Shown in pieces: positions 1 through 8,703 of a stretch of 26,214 bases of DNA; the stretch's first letter is position 1; each line of letters starts with the position of its first letter. Under the pieces are notes generated by a model. The model saw only the letters and a list, made by a program, of their open reading frames with translations. It was not told the origin of the DNA and did no database searches. Location of the stretch: the sequence record SRR20825019_624; one strand, 5' to 3'. The position numbers were made by a program, and so were the translations under genes.

Positions 1-2
1 AG

Positions 3-347
3 CTTACGCCAAGCCTTGGTGTGCTGCAGGATAAGGGCTTCAAGGTCGCGCTGGTGACAGATGGCCGGATGTCTGGCGCGTCTGGTAAAGTGCCTGCCGC
101 CATTCATGTTACACCTGAGGCGGCGAACGGTGGCCCGATCGCACGTGTGCAGCACGGGGACATGATCCGCCTTGACGCGGAGAATGGTGTCTTGGAGCTT
201 CTTGTGGACAAGGAAGAGTTTGAAAAACGCACACCATCGGGCGGCCTTCAAACGCCTGAAACATTTGGGCGTAATCTTTTCTCTGGTATGCGTGCGCTTG
301 TGGGCCCGGCGAGTGGTGGGGCTTCTGTTTTTGCGGGATGGGAATAA
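3..347 (+). CDS. edd: Phosphogluconate dehydratase (Entner-Doudoroff), C-terminal part; 5' end lies outside the window
   Basis: Frame is open from position 3 ([40 protein letters not shown]...GGPIARV). This is the IlvD/Edd C-terminal signature in its Edd form, and eda follows directly. Confidence 0.95.
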   Translation, partial: LTPSLGVLQDKGFKVALVTDGRMSGASGKVPAAIHVTPEAANGGPIARVQHGDMIRLDAENGVLELLVDKEEFEKRTPSGGLQTPETFGRNLFSGMRALVGPASGGASVFAGWE

Positions 348-349
348 TC

Positions 350-979
350 ATGTCTGACGTTGTCGCGGTACTGAAAAAATCACCGGTCATTCCGGTGCTG
401 GCGTTTGTGAACGAAGAAGAAGCGGTTAATGTTTGCCGCGTGCTTTTTGACGAGGGCTTGAGCGTGCTTGAGATTACGCTCCGGCACCCCACAGCACTAG
501 CAGCCATCAATGCCGTGAAACAGGATTTGCCCGACGATGCCTGTGTGGGTGCGGGCACAGTGATCACGCCCGACCTTGCGGAAGCATCGGTTGAGGCGGG
601 GGCGGAATTTGGCGTGAGCCCTGGGCTGACGCCTGAGCTGGCGGCTGCTGTGAAGCGGCTCAACTGGCCGTTCCTGCCCGGTGTTGCCACGCTTTCAGAA
701 GCCATGCAGGCGCGGGAATGGGGGTTTGAGGCACTGAAATTTTTCCCTGCCAATATCTCAGGCGGAACCGGTTTCCTCAAGGCGGTTGGCAGCGTGTTGC
801 CTGACCTGACATTTTGCCCAACCGGTGGCATTTCTGTGGATACGGCCCCTGATTATCGCGCGCTTCCAAACGTTGCGACTGTGGGTGGGTCATGGATCAC
901 GCCGCGCAGTAAAGGCGGCGATATCGACCTTGGCCTCGTGCGTGAACTTGCCCGTACCGCAGTGGAAGCGGCGCATTAA
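350..979 (+). CDS. eda: KDPG / 4-hydroxy-2-oxoglutarate aldolase
   Basis: Motifs PVIPVL, LEITLR, VGAGTV, FGVSPG, LPGVATLSE, LKFFPA (Schiff-base Lys) and FCPTGGI. I prefer ATG 350, 2 nt after the edd stop, over the track start at 338. Confidence 0.95.
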   Translation: MSDVVAVLKKSPVIPVLAFVNEEEAVNVCRVLFDEGLSVLEITLRHPTALAAINAVKQDLPDDACVGAGTVITPDLAEASVEAGAEFGVSPGLTPELAAAVKRLNWPFLPGVATLSEAMQAREWGFEALKFFPANISGGTGFLKAVGSVLPDLTFCPTGGISVDTAPDYRALPNVATVGGSWITPRSKGGDIDLGLVRELARTAVEAAH

Positions 980-1051
980 AACACATTTTTCGTTGTTTTT
1001 TGGCCCACCGCCTTGTTTGATAGCCTTGTGATCTGAAGGGGAGCAGGGCGC

Positions 1052-1459
1052 ATGGGCAATATACCACTCACAATTCTATACACCGGGCTTTTTGGGCTGT
1101 TGATGGCGATCCTGTCGATCAGGGTATCCTTCGCGCGTGCTCGTGCGGATATCGAGTTTGGCGACGGTGGCGAGCCAGACCTCACGACCCGAATCCGTGT
1201 GTTCGGAAATTTCACCGAGCATGTGCCCATCATGCTTTTGATGTTTTTGGTGCTTGAGCTTGCGCACACACGTGCGCTTTTACTGCACGGGCTTGGTACA
1301 GGACTCTTGTTCGCGCGTATCATCCACGCGGTGTGCCTAAAGGTGGAAAGCCCACCAACACCGTGGCGGCGTATGGGGCGTTTTGTGTCCGCCCTTGGCA
1401 CCTGGCTCATCTTGCTCACCATGAGCTTGCTACTCATCAAACCTTATATTTTGCAGTAA
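1052..1459 (+). CDS. MAPEG family membrane protein (YecN-like)
   Basis: 135 aa with hydrophobic helices; pattern GDGG...RIRVFGNFTEHVP...LE...ARIIHA is typical of bacterial MAPEG proteins. Purine-rich RBS upstream. Confidence 0.85.
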   Translation: MGNIPLTILYTGLFGLLMAILSIRVSFARARADIEFGDGGEPDLTTRIRVFGNFTEHVPIMLLMFLVLELAHTRALLLHGLGTGLLFARIIHAVCLKVESPPTPWRRMGRFVSALGTWLILLTMSLLLIKPYILQ

Positions 1460-1461
1460 AA

Positions 1462-1525
1462 TTGAACGATCGTTGAAAAATTGCAATGTGGGCTATTGAC
1501 CCAGGCCAGCAAAGGCCACTAGGCT
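1462..1525 (+). promoter_or_regulatory. Candidate sigma70 promoter with an upstream palindrome for the membrane protein-symporter unit
   Basis: TTGACC (1496-1501), 18-nt spacer, TAGGCT (1520-1525). Near-palindrome TTGAACGATCGTTGAA at 1462-1477. Confidence 0.4.
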
Positions 1526-1555
1526 CGCTCCCGAATAGGTGGAGGGGAGGCCATC

Positions 1556-2086
1556 GTGAAAGCCATACATCTTGCGTTTGCGTTTCTGCTGGCCATAGCC
1601 AGTATTACGATCTTCATATTATTAAGTGACCCACCACCGGGCGCCGTTGGTGTTGCCCACGAAACCATTTCGGGTATGAAGCTTGGCGGTGACGGCGCTG
1701 CGCGACTCGCGACGGTCGGCTTGGCCCCCTTCTATTTCCAGATTGCCGTGATCGCGTTTGCGGGCACGCTTCTTTACATGGGCGTTGCGGAGCGTCGTCG
1801 TGACACTACGCTCAGGTTAACGCTGGCGACTTTCACCGGCGTCGCCATGTTTGTCTGGTACATGCTGTACAGCGGATATGAGGCCTATCTGGAAACCGGG
1901 CAGACGGATGTGGTGTTTGGCTTTCCTGTGCCTGTGAACTGGATGTTCTGGGGCATATGGGGAAGTTTTGTGGTGTTTGACCTGTTTTATGTTTTTGCAT
2001 TCCGCAGGTATTTCCTTCCCGCCGAAGATGAAGCTGCTTTCCATGCACTTGTGGAAGAGCTGAAGGCGGAAGAGAGGGCTGAGTGA
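1556..2086 (+). CDS. Hypothetical integral membrane protein (about 4 TM segments), probable accessory partner of the downstream symporter
   Basis: GTG start after strong RBS GGAGGGGAGG. Four hydrophobic stretches and an acidic amphipathic tail. Its stop overlaps the symporter start (TGATG). Confidence 0.75.
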   Translation: MKAIHLAFAFLLAIASITIFILLSDPPPGAVGVAHETISGMKLGGDGAARLATVGLAPFYFQIAVIAFAGTLLYMGVAERRRDTTLRLTLATFTGVAMFVWYMLYSGYEAYLETGQTDVVFGFPVPVNWMFWGIWGSFVVFDLFYVFAFRRYFLPAEDEAAFHALVEELKAEERAE

Positions 2087-3582
2087 TGGAAGAGTATCGT
2101 CAAGCCATTATTCTTGGCTGTGTTGCGCTTTATATGGTGATGTGTATCTGGGTGGGTCTTTGGGCGATGCGCAGGACCAAGTCTGCCGGTGACTTCTTTG
2201 TCGCCGGGCGCGGACTTGGGCCGGTGGTTGTCAGCCTCGCTGTATTCTCGTCAACCCTATCCGGTTTTGGTTTTGTTGGCGGCCCGGGGCTTGTTTATGC
2301 CACTGGGCTTAGCTCTATCTGGATGGCGGTGTGTTCGGCCCTTGGGTACGCCACCGGGTTTTACCTGATCTCCAAGCGTATCCGCATGGTAGCTGAAGTG
2401 CGGGATACCATGTCGCTTCCTGATGTGGTGTTCGCGCGGTACGGCAGTGAAACAGCCCGGTTACTTACTGCGGGCACGATCCTTTTGGGTGTGCTGGGGT
2501 ATCTGGCGACGCAGATTCTTGCGATGGCGCTGGTGCTGCAATCCGTTCTGTCGGCAACAGAAGTGCTGGCGGATATCAGCTTGCTTGCCTGTGTGCTGCT
2601 CTCCAGTGCTGTGTTGATTTTTTACTGCGTCACCGGCGGTATTATCGCGTCTGTGTACACCGACCTTGTGCAGGGCATCGTGATGATCGTCTCTGGCGCG
2701 CTGGTGGTGATGACGGCTGCAACAGTGTTTGACGGTGGGCTTGCAGAGGTGAGTCAGATACTACTTGAAAAAGACGGCGAAAGCATCATGCCGTTTGGCA
2801 CGCTTGGCACCATGGCGTCGCTCAGCTGGTTTTTCCTCTTTGGCCTTGGGCTTGCGGGCCAACCCCACGTTGCCACCAAAATGATGATGAACCGGAACCT
2901 GAGCGACAACCGCGTGATCTTGCCGATGACCATATTCGGCTATGCTATTGCGGCGATGCTGTGGATTTCGGTGGGCGTGGTCATGCGGGCCCTTGTGCTT
3001 GGTGATGTGGCGATGCCGCTTGGTGCACCTGATGAAGCAGCGCCTGCGTTCTTGTCCACATATGCTCACCCGCTTCTAGCGGGCATTGTGTTTGCCGGAC
3101 TTTTTGCCGCGATCATGTCCACGGCGGACGGCTTTCTCAACATCGGCGCGGCGGCCATCATCCACGATATCCCGAAAGCCATTCGGGGTCGTTCGCTTGA
3201 TAACGAGCTTTTCTGGGCTCGTATCGCAACGGTTGGCCTTTCTGTGCTTTCAGCGGGCTTTGCGCTTTATAGCTATTATGGGAGCAACGCGCTTGTGGCC
3301 ATACTTGGGGCCTTTGGGTGGGGCACGTTTGCGGCGGCGCTTGTGCCTGTTGTGCTTATTGGCCTCAACTGGAAACAGGCAAGTGCCCGGGCGGCTATTG
3401 TTGCCATCTCCTCAAGCCTCGTGATCAACCTGAGCATCCAGCTGTTTTCGATCACGATACCTTACGCTATCTCGCCAGGTTTCCTCGCTATGCTCACTTC
3501 CATGATCCTGTTCATCGGGGTGTCGCTTATGGAGAAGCCGAAACAATTGCCAAAAGATATTGATCGGATCATGGACCTCTAA
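2086..3582 (+). CDS. Sodium:solute symporter (SSS family, PanF/PutP-like); substrate unknown
   Basis: About 13 TM segments; motifs DFFVAGRGLG, SGFGFVGGPG, GG..ASVYTDLVQG, GQPH, AAIMSTADG, GLNWK. ATG at 2086 (the track uses GTG 2083). Confidence 0.92.
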   Translation: MEEYRQAIILGCVALYMVMCIWVGLWAMRRTKSAGDFFVAGRGLGPVVVSLAVFSSTLSGFGFVGGPGLVYATGLSSIWMAVCSALGYATGFYLISKRIRMVAEVRDTMSLPDVVFARYGSETARLLTAGTILLGVLGYLATQILAMALVLQSVLSATEVLADISLLACVLLSSAVLIFYCVTGGIIASVYTDLVQGIVMIVSGALVVMTAATVFDGGLAEVSQILLEKDGESIMPFGTLGTMASLSWFFLFGLGLAGQPHVATKMMMNRNLSDNRVILPMTIFGYAIAAMLWISVGVVMRALVLGDVAMPLGAPDEAAPAFLSTYAHPLLAGIVFAGLFAAIMSTADGFLNIGAAAIIHDIPKAIRGRSLDNELFWARIATVGLSVLSAGFALYSYYGSNALVAILGAFGWGTFAAALVPVVLIGLNWKQASARAAIVAISSSLVINLSIQLFSITIPYAISPGFLAMLTSMILFIGVSLMEKPKQLPKDIDRIMDL

Positions 3583-3619
3583 CGTAAAACCCTCATGGTG
3601 AGACCATGAGGGGGTATGT

Positions 3620-5059
3620 GTGAGTTCGATTTTGGTGTTGATGGCCGGGGCGCTTCGCCTTGACGATAACCCGGCGCTGTTGGCGGCTTGCAAGACTGGC
3701 AGGCCGGTTGTTCCCGTATTTATCCTTGATAACGAGAGTGCGGGTGCACGGGCGCCGGGCGGCGCGCGGCGTTGGTGGCTGCTGCAGTCGCTTGCCAAGC
3801 TTGGCTGGAAGTTGGAACAGCGGGGCAGCAGGCTGGTTATCAGGCACGGTAACACGTCTGATATCATTGGTGCGCTGCTACGTGAAAGTGCGGCAGACGC
3901 GATATATATGAACCGAAGCTACAGCCCGCACGGGCGTGCGCTGCAGGAAACGCTTCATGAAACCTGTACCGCAGCCGGTGTTGAGTGCAGGCGTTTCAGC
4001 GGAAACTTGCTGCTTGAGCCAGAACAGATCGTCACCAAAACGGGCAAACCCTATGAGGTGTTTTCGCCCTTCTGGCGACAGGCCAAAGAGTTGATAGGCG
4101 AACAGTATGCCTATGACGCACCGAGCCAGATTCCGGCGCCATCTGCATGGCCCGCAACCGACCCGCTTGAGAGTCTTGGGCTTGAGCCGAAGCCGTCCTG
4201 TTGGGCTGATCCCATCAGCGAGGCATGGCAGCCGGGAGAGGCTGCGGCGCTGGAGAGGCTGGAGCATTTTCTTGATGAAATCGCTGCAGGTTACGCAGGC
4301 GCCCGTGACGTGCCTGGCGTGGATGGTACGTCGCGCTTGTCTCCGTACCTTGTGGACGGTGAGATCAGCGTACGGCGGATATGGGCACAAAGCATGGCGG
4401 CGGCTGAAGCAAACCCTGCTGCCAGTAACGGTATCCACGCCTTTATGCGCGAACTTGGTTGGCGCGATTTCAGTACACACCTGCTGTTCCATTTCCCTGA
4501 GATGCCAAAGCGCCCGCTGAAAGTAAACTTCAACCGATTTCCGTGGCAGGACGGGCAGGGAGAGCATCTTGCGGCCTGGCAAAAGGGGCAAACAGGGTTC
4601 CCGATCGTGGATGCGGGTATGCGGCAACTGTGGCAAACGGGCTGGATGCACAACCGGGTGCGCATGATTGTGGCATCCTTTCTGGTGAAAGACCTGTTGT
4701 GGCACTGGCGGGACGGTGCCAGTTGGTTCTGGGATACGCTGGTGGACGCCGACCTCGCGAACAATTCTGCAAGTTGGCAGTGGGTGGCGGGCTGTGGCGC
4801 GGATGCGGCGCCGTATTTCCGTATCTTCAACCCGATTTTGCAGGGTGAGAAGTTTGACAAGCGTGGTGAGTATGTCCGCGAATTTGTACCCGAGCTTGCG
4901 GCACTCCCAGATGCGTATATCCACAAACCGTTTGAAGCACCGCGTGAGGTACTGGAGGGAGCGGGCATTGCCCTCGGGCAAGATTATCCGCATCCTATTA
5001 TCGACCGCAAAGCCTCCCGCGAACGAGCGCTGGCGGCTCTGGCGCATACCAAGGTTTAA
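3620..5059 (+). CDS. Deoxyribodipyrimidine photolyase / cryptochrome family protein, probably a class III CPD photolyase
   Basis: Motifs LRLDDNPAL, TSRLSPYL..GEIS, RELGWRDF, GQTGFPIVDAGMRQLWQTGWMHNRVRMIVASFL, WFWDTLVDADLANN..SWQWVAGCG, PYFRIFNP. GTG start with RBS GAGGGGG. Confidence 0.93.
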   Translation: MSSILVLMAGALRLDDNPALLAACKTGRPVVPVFILDNESAGARAPGGARRWWLLQSLAKLGWKLEQRGSRLVIRHGNTSDIIGALLRESAADAIYMNRSYSPHGRALQETLHETCTAAGVECRRFSGNLLLEPEQIVTKTGKPYEVFSPFWRQAKELIGEQYAYDAPSQIPAPSAWPATDPLESLGLEPKPSCWADPISEAWQPGEAAALERLEHFLDEIAAGYAGARDVPGVDGTSRLSPYLVDGEISVRRIWAQSMAAAEANPAASNGIHAFMRELGWRDFSTHLLFHFPEMPKRPLKVNFNRFPWQDGQGEHLAAWQKGQTGFPIVDAGMRQLWQTGWMHNRVRMIVASFLVKDLLWHWRDGASWFWDTLVDADLANNSASWQWVAGCGADAAPYFRIFNPILQGEKFDKRGEYVREFVPELAALPDAYIHKPFEAPREVLEGAGIALGQDYPHPIIDRKASRERALAALAHTKV

Positions 5060-6189
5060 CCGATTTTTCCAGTGTCCCTGAGGTGCTGGATATCTTCCGC
5101 ACTATAGCCAGCGTTTTTGAGTAGTTCATCCGTGTCTGCACCCTTGACGGCGGGGCCGTGGGTGACCTCAGGTTCCGTGCGGGAGAAACGCGGGGTGGGG
5201 GCAGGCTGGCGCACGCCGTCGACCTCAATAAAGCTCTCCCGCGCCTGATTATGCGGGTGTTTATACGCCTCCCAGAACGGTAGTATGGGTGCAAAACAAG
5301 CGTCTGTACCGTCCAGCAGTTGCTGCCATTCCTCTAGTGTTTTGCTTTTGAAAATTTCCGTCAGCTCAGCCTTGAGGGCAGGCCACTCGCCGGGGTTCAG
5401 GTGGTTCTGCATCCAGCGGCTATCAAGCCCGGTTTTGTCTATAAATACCTGCATGAAATGCGGCTCAATCGCGCCGAAACTTACATAGTGGCCGTCGCTT
5501 GTCTCGAATGTGCCGTAGAAATGCGCTCCGCCATCCAGCAGGTTCACGCCTCGCATGGGCGCCCAGCGGTGGTTGGCGAGCATAGAGTGGAAGATAGACA
5601 TCAGTGCGGACGAGCCTTCGGCCATGCTGACATCAATGGCTTGGCCTTTGCCGGACGTTTTCGCTTCCAGAATGCCGCAGACAAGCCCGAAGGAGAGCAT
5701 CATGCCGCCGCCGCCATAGTCACCAACCAGATTGAGCGGGGCGACCGGCGGAGCATCTTTTGGCCCCATGGCATGTAGCGCACCGGAAAGGGCTATATAG
5801 TTGATGTCATGCCCGGCGGTTTTGGAGAGGGGGCCTGTTTGCCCCCAGCCTGTCATGCGGCCATAGACGATTTTGGGGTTGGCCTTAAGCACGTCATCCG
5901 GACCAAGGCCCAACTTCTCCATCACGCCAGGGCGGAACCCTTCAAAAAGCGCATCGGCGCTTTCGCACAGTTTAAGGAAGGCGGAGCGGCCTTCTTTTGA
6001 TTTCAGGTCGAGCGCGATGGAGCGTTTGCCGCGGCGGTTGATATCCACCTTCATTTCCATGGGGGACGCGGGGCCAGGTCGGTCGATTGCGATCAGCTCC
6101 GCGCCCATGTCAGCCAGCATCATGCCGGCAAACGGACCGGGGCCAATGCCAACCAGTTCCAAAATGCGTATGCCTTTGAGTGGCCCCAT
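5056..6189 (-). CDS. CaiB/BaiF family III CoA-transferase, alpha-methylacyl-CoA racemase (AMACR/Mcr)-like
   Basis: Motifs GPLKGIRILELVGIGPGPFAGMMLADMGA, EGFRPGVMEKLGLGP, GHDINY and NLVGDYGGG (His/Asp pair of Mcr-type racemases), NLLDGGAHFY. Start is 6189 or 6198. Confidence 0.9.
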   Translation of the reverse strand: MGPLKGIRILELVGIGPGPFAGMMLADMGAELIAIDRPGPASPMEMKVDINRRGKRSIALDLKSKEGRSAFLKLCESADALFEGFRPGVMEKLGLGPDDVLKANPKIVYGRMTGWGQTGPLSKTAGHDINYIALSGALHAMGPKDAPPVAPLNLVGDYGGGGMMLSFGLVCGILEAKTSGKGQAIDVSMAEGSSALMSIFHSMLANHRWAPMRGVNLLDGGAHFYGTFETSDGHYVSFGAIEPHFMQVFIDKTGLDSRWMQNHLNPGEWPALKAELTEIFKSKTLEEWQQLLDGTDACFAPILPFWEAYKHPHNQARESFIEVDGVRQPAPTPRFSRTEPEVTHGPAVKGADTDELLKNAGYSAEDIQHLRDTGKIG

Positions 6190-6258
6190 GATCTCCATCT
6201 CCCTGTAACGAACCTGTTTCCATCATTTAGGGCACATGTGTTTGTTTTCTAGGAAGAA

Positions 6259-6281
6259 CTGGTGAGGCAGTGCCTCACCAG
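6259..6281 (-). terminator. Hairpin between the SDR and AMACR-like genes; possible terminator or mRNA-stabilising stem
   Basis: Perfect inverted repeat CTGGTGAGGCA-G-TGCCTCACCAG, 11 nt past the SDR stop. The minus-strand tail is only TTCTTCC (weak U-tract). Confidence 0.55.
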
Positions 6282-6292
6282 ATTGGAGCTTA

Positions 6293-7063
6293 TTATTTTG
6301 GAGCCATACGGGCGGCGGCATCCATGCGGATTGTTTCACCGTTCAGGTATGCGTTTTCAACGATATGGCCAGCAAGCTTGGCGTATTCTTGTGGCATACC
6401 GAGGCGTTTCGGGAAAACCACCTGGTTGGTCAGGCTTTCAACGGCAGCTTCAGGCAGACCATCAAAAAGCGGGGTGTGGATGAAGCCTGGCGCGATGGTC
6501 ATCACGCGGATACCCTGGCGAGAAAATTCGCGCGCAGCAGGCAGGGTCAGGCCAACGATACCGCCCTTGGATGCCGAATAAGCCGCCTGACCAATCTGTC
6601 CTTCAAACGCCGCAACAGACGCAGTGTTGATGATTACACCGCGTTCACCGTCTGCGTTTGCTTCGTTTGACTGCATGGCTTCGGCTGCTTGTGCCAGCAC
6701 GTTGTAGCTGCCGATGAGGTTAATGCCCACTACCTTGCGGAAATGATCCATCGGAAAACGGTTGCCGTCCCGGTCGATAATTTTCTGGGGGTTTCCGATC
6801 CCGGCGCAGTTCACGGCAATATCCACGCTGCCATATTTATCTTTGGCGATTTTGATGGCATTTGCGACAGCGGCTTCGTCTGTAACGTCTGTATTGACGT
6901 AGGTGACAGCGCTGCCGAGCTTGGCTTCAAGCTCGGCGCCCAGCTTGTCATTAAGGTCGAGAATGACAGCATTTGCGCCGTTCTTTACAAAATGCTCAAC
7001 AGTTGCGCGGCCAAGGCCGGATGCGCCGCCGGTCACGAGCGCGGTTTTGCCGGTAATATCCAT
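6293..7063 (-). CDS. 3-hydroxyacyl-CoA dehydrogenase type 2 (HSD10/HADH2-like SDR)
   Basis: Motifs TALVTGGASGLG, VNCAGI, ERGVIINTASVAAFEGQIGQAAYSASKGG, IRVMTIAPG, YLNGETIRMD. Start set at MDITGK (7063) with GGAG upstream; the 36-codon extension in the track has no SDR character. Confidence 0.93.
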   Translation of the reverse strand: MDITGKTALVTGGASGLGRATVEHFVKNGANAVILDLNDKLGAELEAKLGSAVTYVNTDVTDEAAVANAIKIAKDKYGSVDIAVNCAGIGNPQKIIDRDGNRFPMDHFRKVVGINLIGSYNVLAQAAEAMQSNEANADGERGVIINTASVAAFEGQIGQAAYSASKGGIVGLTLPAAREFSRQGIRVMTIAPGFIHTPLFDGLPEAAVESLTNQVVFPKRLGMPQEYAKLAGHIVENAYLNGETIRMDAAARMAPK

Positions 7064-7180
7064 TGGGGAAAGCTCCAAATATTTATGTTGCGGCGCAGCA
7101 TATAGGTGGGCATAGCCTAAATCAAGCACGGAGCCGCCATTGCGGCGTTCGGGCTTTTGGCTCTGGAGCACGTCGCGCTT

Positions 7181-7705
7181 TCAAACGGTGATGGCAAAAA
7201 TCTTGGTCGCAGTTTCCTGTCCCGGCAGTACATCATCGCGGTCGTAATGCAACCCAAGTTTTTCGACGAGTCCGATGGAACGAACATTGGCTGGTGACAC
7301 CAGCGCCTGAATATGTTTGTGCCCAAGCTTGCCCATGGCGTGGTTGAGCGTTGCGCGCGCGGCCTCATAACCGTAACCCTTCGAGGTATAGTCAGGCAGG
7401 TAAGCAAAGCCGATATCGGGTTCTTCAAAATAGGGACGTTTGAGGAGGCCGCAAAAGCCGATTGGCTGATTACTGTCCTTCAACTCCACGACCAACATCC
7501 CAACGCCGTGCGCGCGGTAACTGTTGATGAAATTTTCAGTGATGTAGCGGCGGGCATCTTCCAGCGTGCGTAGCTTTTTGTCTCCGATAAATTCAAGAAA
7601 CGCCGAATCGTTATAAATGGAGAGCGTAAAGGCCGCGTCGTCCAGCGTTGCTTCCCTCAGGCGGAGGCGTTCCGTCTCCAGTGTCTCGAGTTTTTTATTG
7701 GTCAT
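7181..7705 (-). CDS. GNAT family N-acetyltransferase (RimJ/RimL-like)
   Basis: Motifs LETERLRLRE, IGFCGL, PDIGFAYLPDYTSKGYGYEAA, NVRSIGLVEKLG. RBS AAGGA upstream. Confidence 0.9.
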   Translation of the reverse strand: MTNKKLETLETERLRLREATLDDAAFTLSIYNDSAFLEFIGDKKLRTLEDARRYITENFINSYRAHGVGMLVVELKDSNQPIGFCGLLKRPYFEEPDIGFAYLPDYTSKGYGYEAARATLNHAMGKLGHKHIQALVSPANVRSIGLVEKLGLHYDRDDVLPGQETATKIFAITV

Positions 7706-7774
7706 TCAGCATCCTTGGTGTCGTGCCGAAGCGGACAGTGGCTTCAGCCTAACAATATGAAGGATTTATCATGA

Positions 7775-7816
7775 TGTGAAATGATAGTATTTCACAAATG
7801 CATGAATAAAATTCAC
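7775..7816. promoter_or_regulatory. Candidate operator sites in the divergent GNAT / LysR spacer
   Basis: TGTGAAAT-N6-ATTTCACA (7775-7796, perfect 8-bp arms) and ATGA-N7-TCAC (7802-7816), which contains a T-N11-A LysR box. Confidence 0.5.
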
Positions 7817-7827
7817 GGATACATATC

Positions 7828-8703
7828 ATGGACAAAATGCCACCCCTAAAAGCGATCCGAGCTTTTGAAGCCACGGCGCGGCACCTTAGTTTCAGCCGTG
7901 CGGCAGATGAGCTGTGTGTAACGCAAAGTGCCGTTAGCCATCAGGTGCGCGCCCTTGAGGATTTTCTGGGCAAAAAGCTGTTGGTGCGGAACGGTAAGCG
8001 AATATCGCTTACCGTTGAGGGCGACACCTTCCAATCTGTGGTGGGTGACTGCTTTAGCCGCATGGCGTCGGTCACTGATCACTTGATAGGCAAACAAAAG
8101 GTCAGCCTTCGCATCATGACGCAGACGTCAGTGGCGTCTGAATGGCTGGTTGCGCGCCTGCATGATTTCAATACCGCGTACCCTGATGTGATTACCCGGC
8201 TTGATACTTTTGTTATGGCGAACAGTTTTGATGCGAACGACTATGACGTGCTGATCGGTGCCTGGCCTGCGCCCGAAGGGTTTGTCACAAGAAAGCTGAG
8301 GGACGGGCGCTGGTATCCGGTTTGTGCGCCAACGGTTTATGATCAGATTGACCCGCACGACCCGGCATCGCTACTCGATTGGCCACTTTATAGTACTGAG
8401 GAAGGCGCTGACTGGACACTGTGGATGCAACATCAAGGCCTTCGCCCGCCTGCAACGCTTGACATAAGGCACTATAACCTGGCGCTGATCTCTGCTCGCG
8501 CGGCCGTTGACGGGTTTGGTGTTGCCCTGAGTAATGATCTTGTTGCAGATAGGTTGGTACGGGTGGGGGATTTAATACCGCTCAAGCAGTTCAGCTATTC
8601 ACTGCCCTGGGGGCAATATTACGTGCACTATCGCAGCGACCGGCACAACCAGAACCAGACCGCGGCATTCACCGAATGGTTGGAAGCAGCCGCGCGTGCA
8701 TAA
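7828..8703 (+). CDS. LysR-type transcriptional regulator, GcvA/AmpR-like
   Basis: N-terminus MPPLKAIRAFEATARHLSFSRAADELCVTQSAVSHQVRALE is the GcvA-type HTH. 291 aa, with PVCAP and GFGVAL in the effector domain. Confidence 0.92.
   Translation: MDKMPPLKAIRAFEATARHLSFSRAADELCVTQSAVSHQVRALEDFLGKKLLVRNGKRISLTVEGDTFQSVVGDCFSRMASVTDHLIGKQKVSLRIMTQTSVASEWLVARLHDFNTAYPDVITRLDTFVMANSFDANDYDVLIGAWPAPEGFVTRKLRDGRWYPVCAPTVYDQIDPHDPASLLDWPLYSTEEGADWTLWMQHQGLRPPATLDIRHYNLALISARAAVDGFGVALSNDLVADRLVRVGDLIPLKQFSYSLPWGQYYVHYRSDRHNQNQTAAFTEWLEAAARA

Noticed and set aside
109..831. 240-aa minus-strand ORF over edd/eda
   Set aside because: Antisense shadow of conserved genes; Ser/Ala/Pro-rich with no family signature.
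3878..5047. 389-aa antisense ORF (and a 225-aa one at 4291-4968) opposite the photolyase
   Set aside because: Fully overlaps a well-supported gene and has no recognisable motifs. Long shadow ORFs are expected from codon bias in GC-rich coding DNA.
5056..5059. Convergent genes sharing 4-bp stop overlaps (TTAA here, CTAG at 14752-14755)
   Set aside because: Common compact arrangement for convergent bacterial genes; no special function implied.
7064..7171. 36-aa N-terminal extension of the SDR in the ORF track
   Set aside because: The SDR fold starts at MDITGK with an RBS before 7063, so the extension is probably intergenic sequence.
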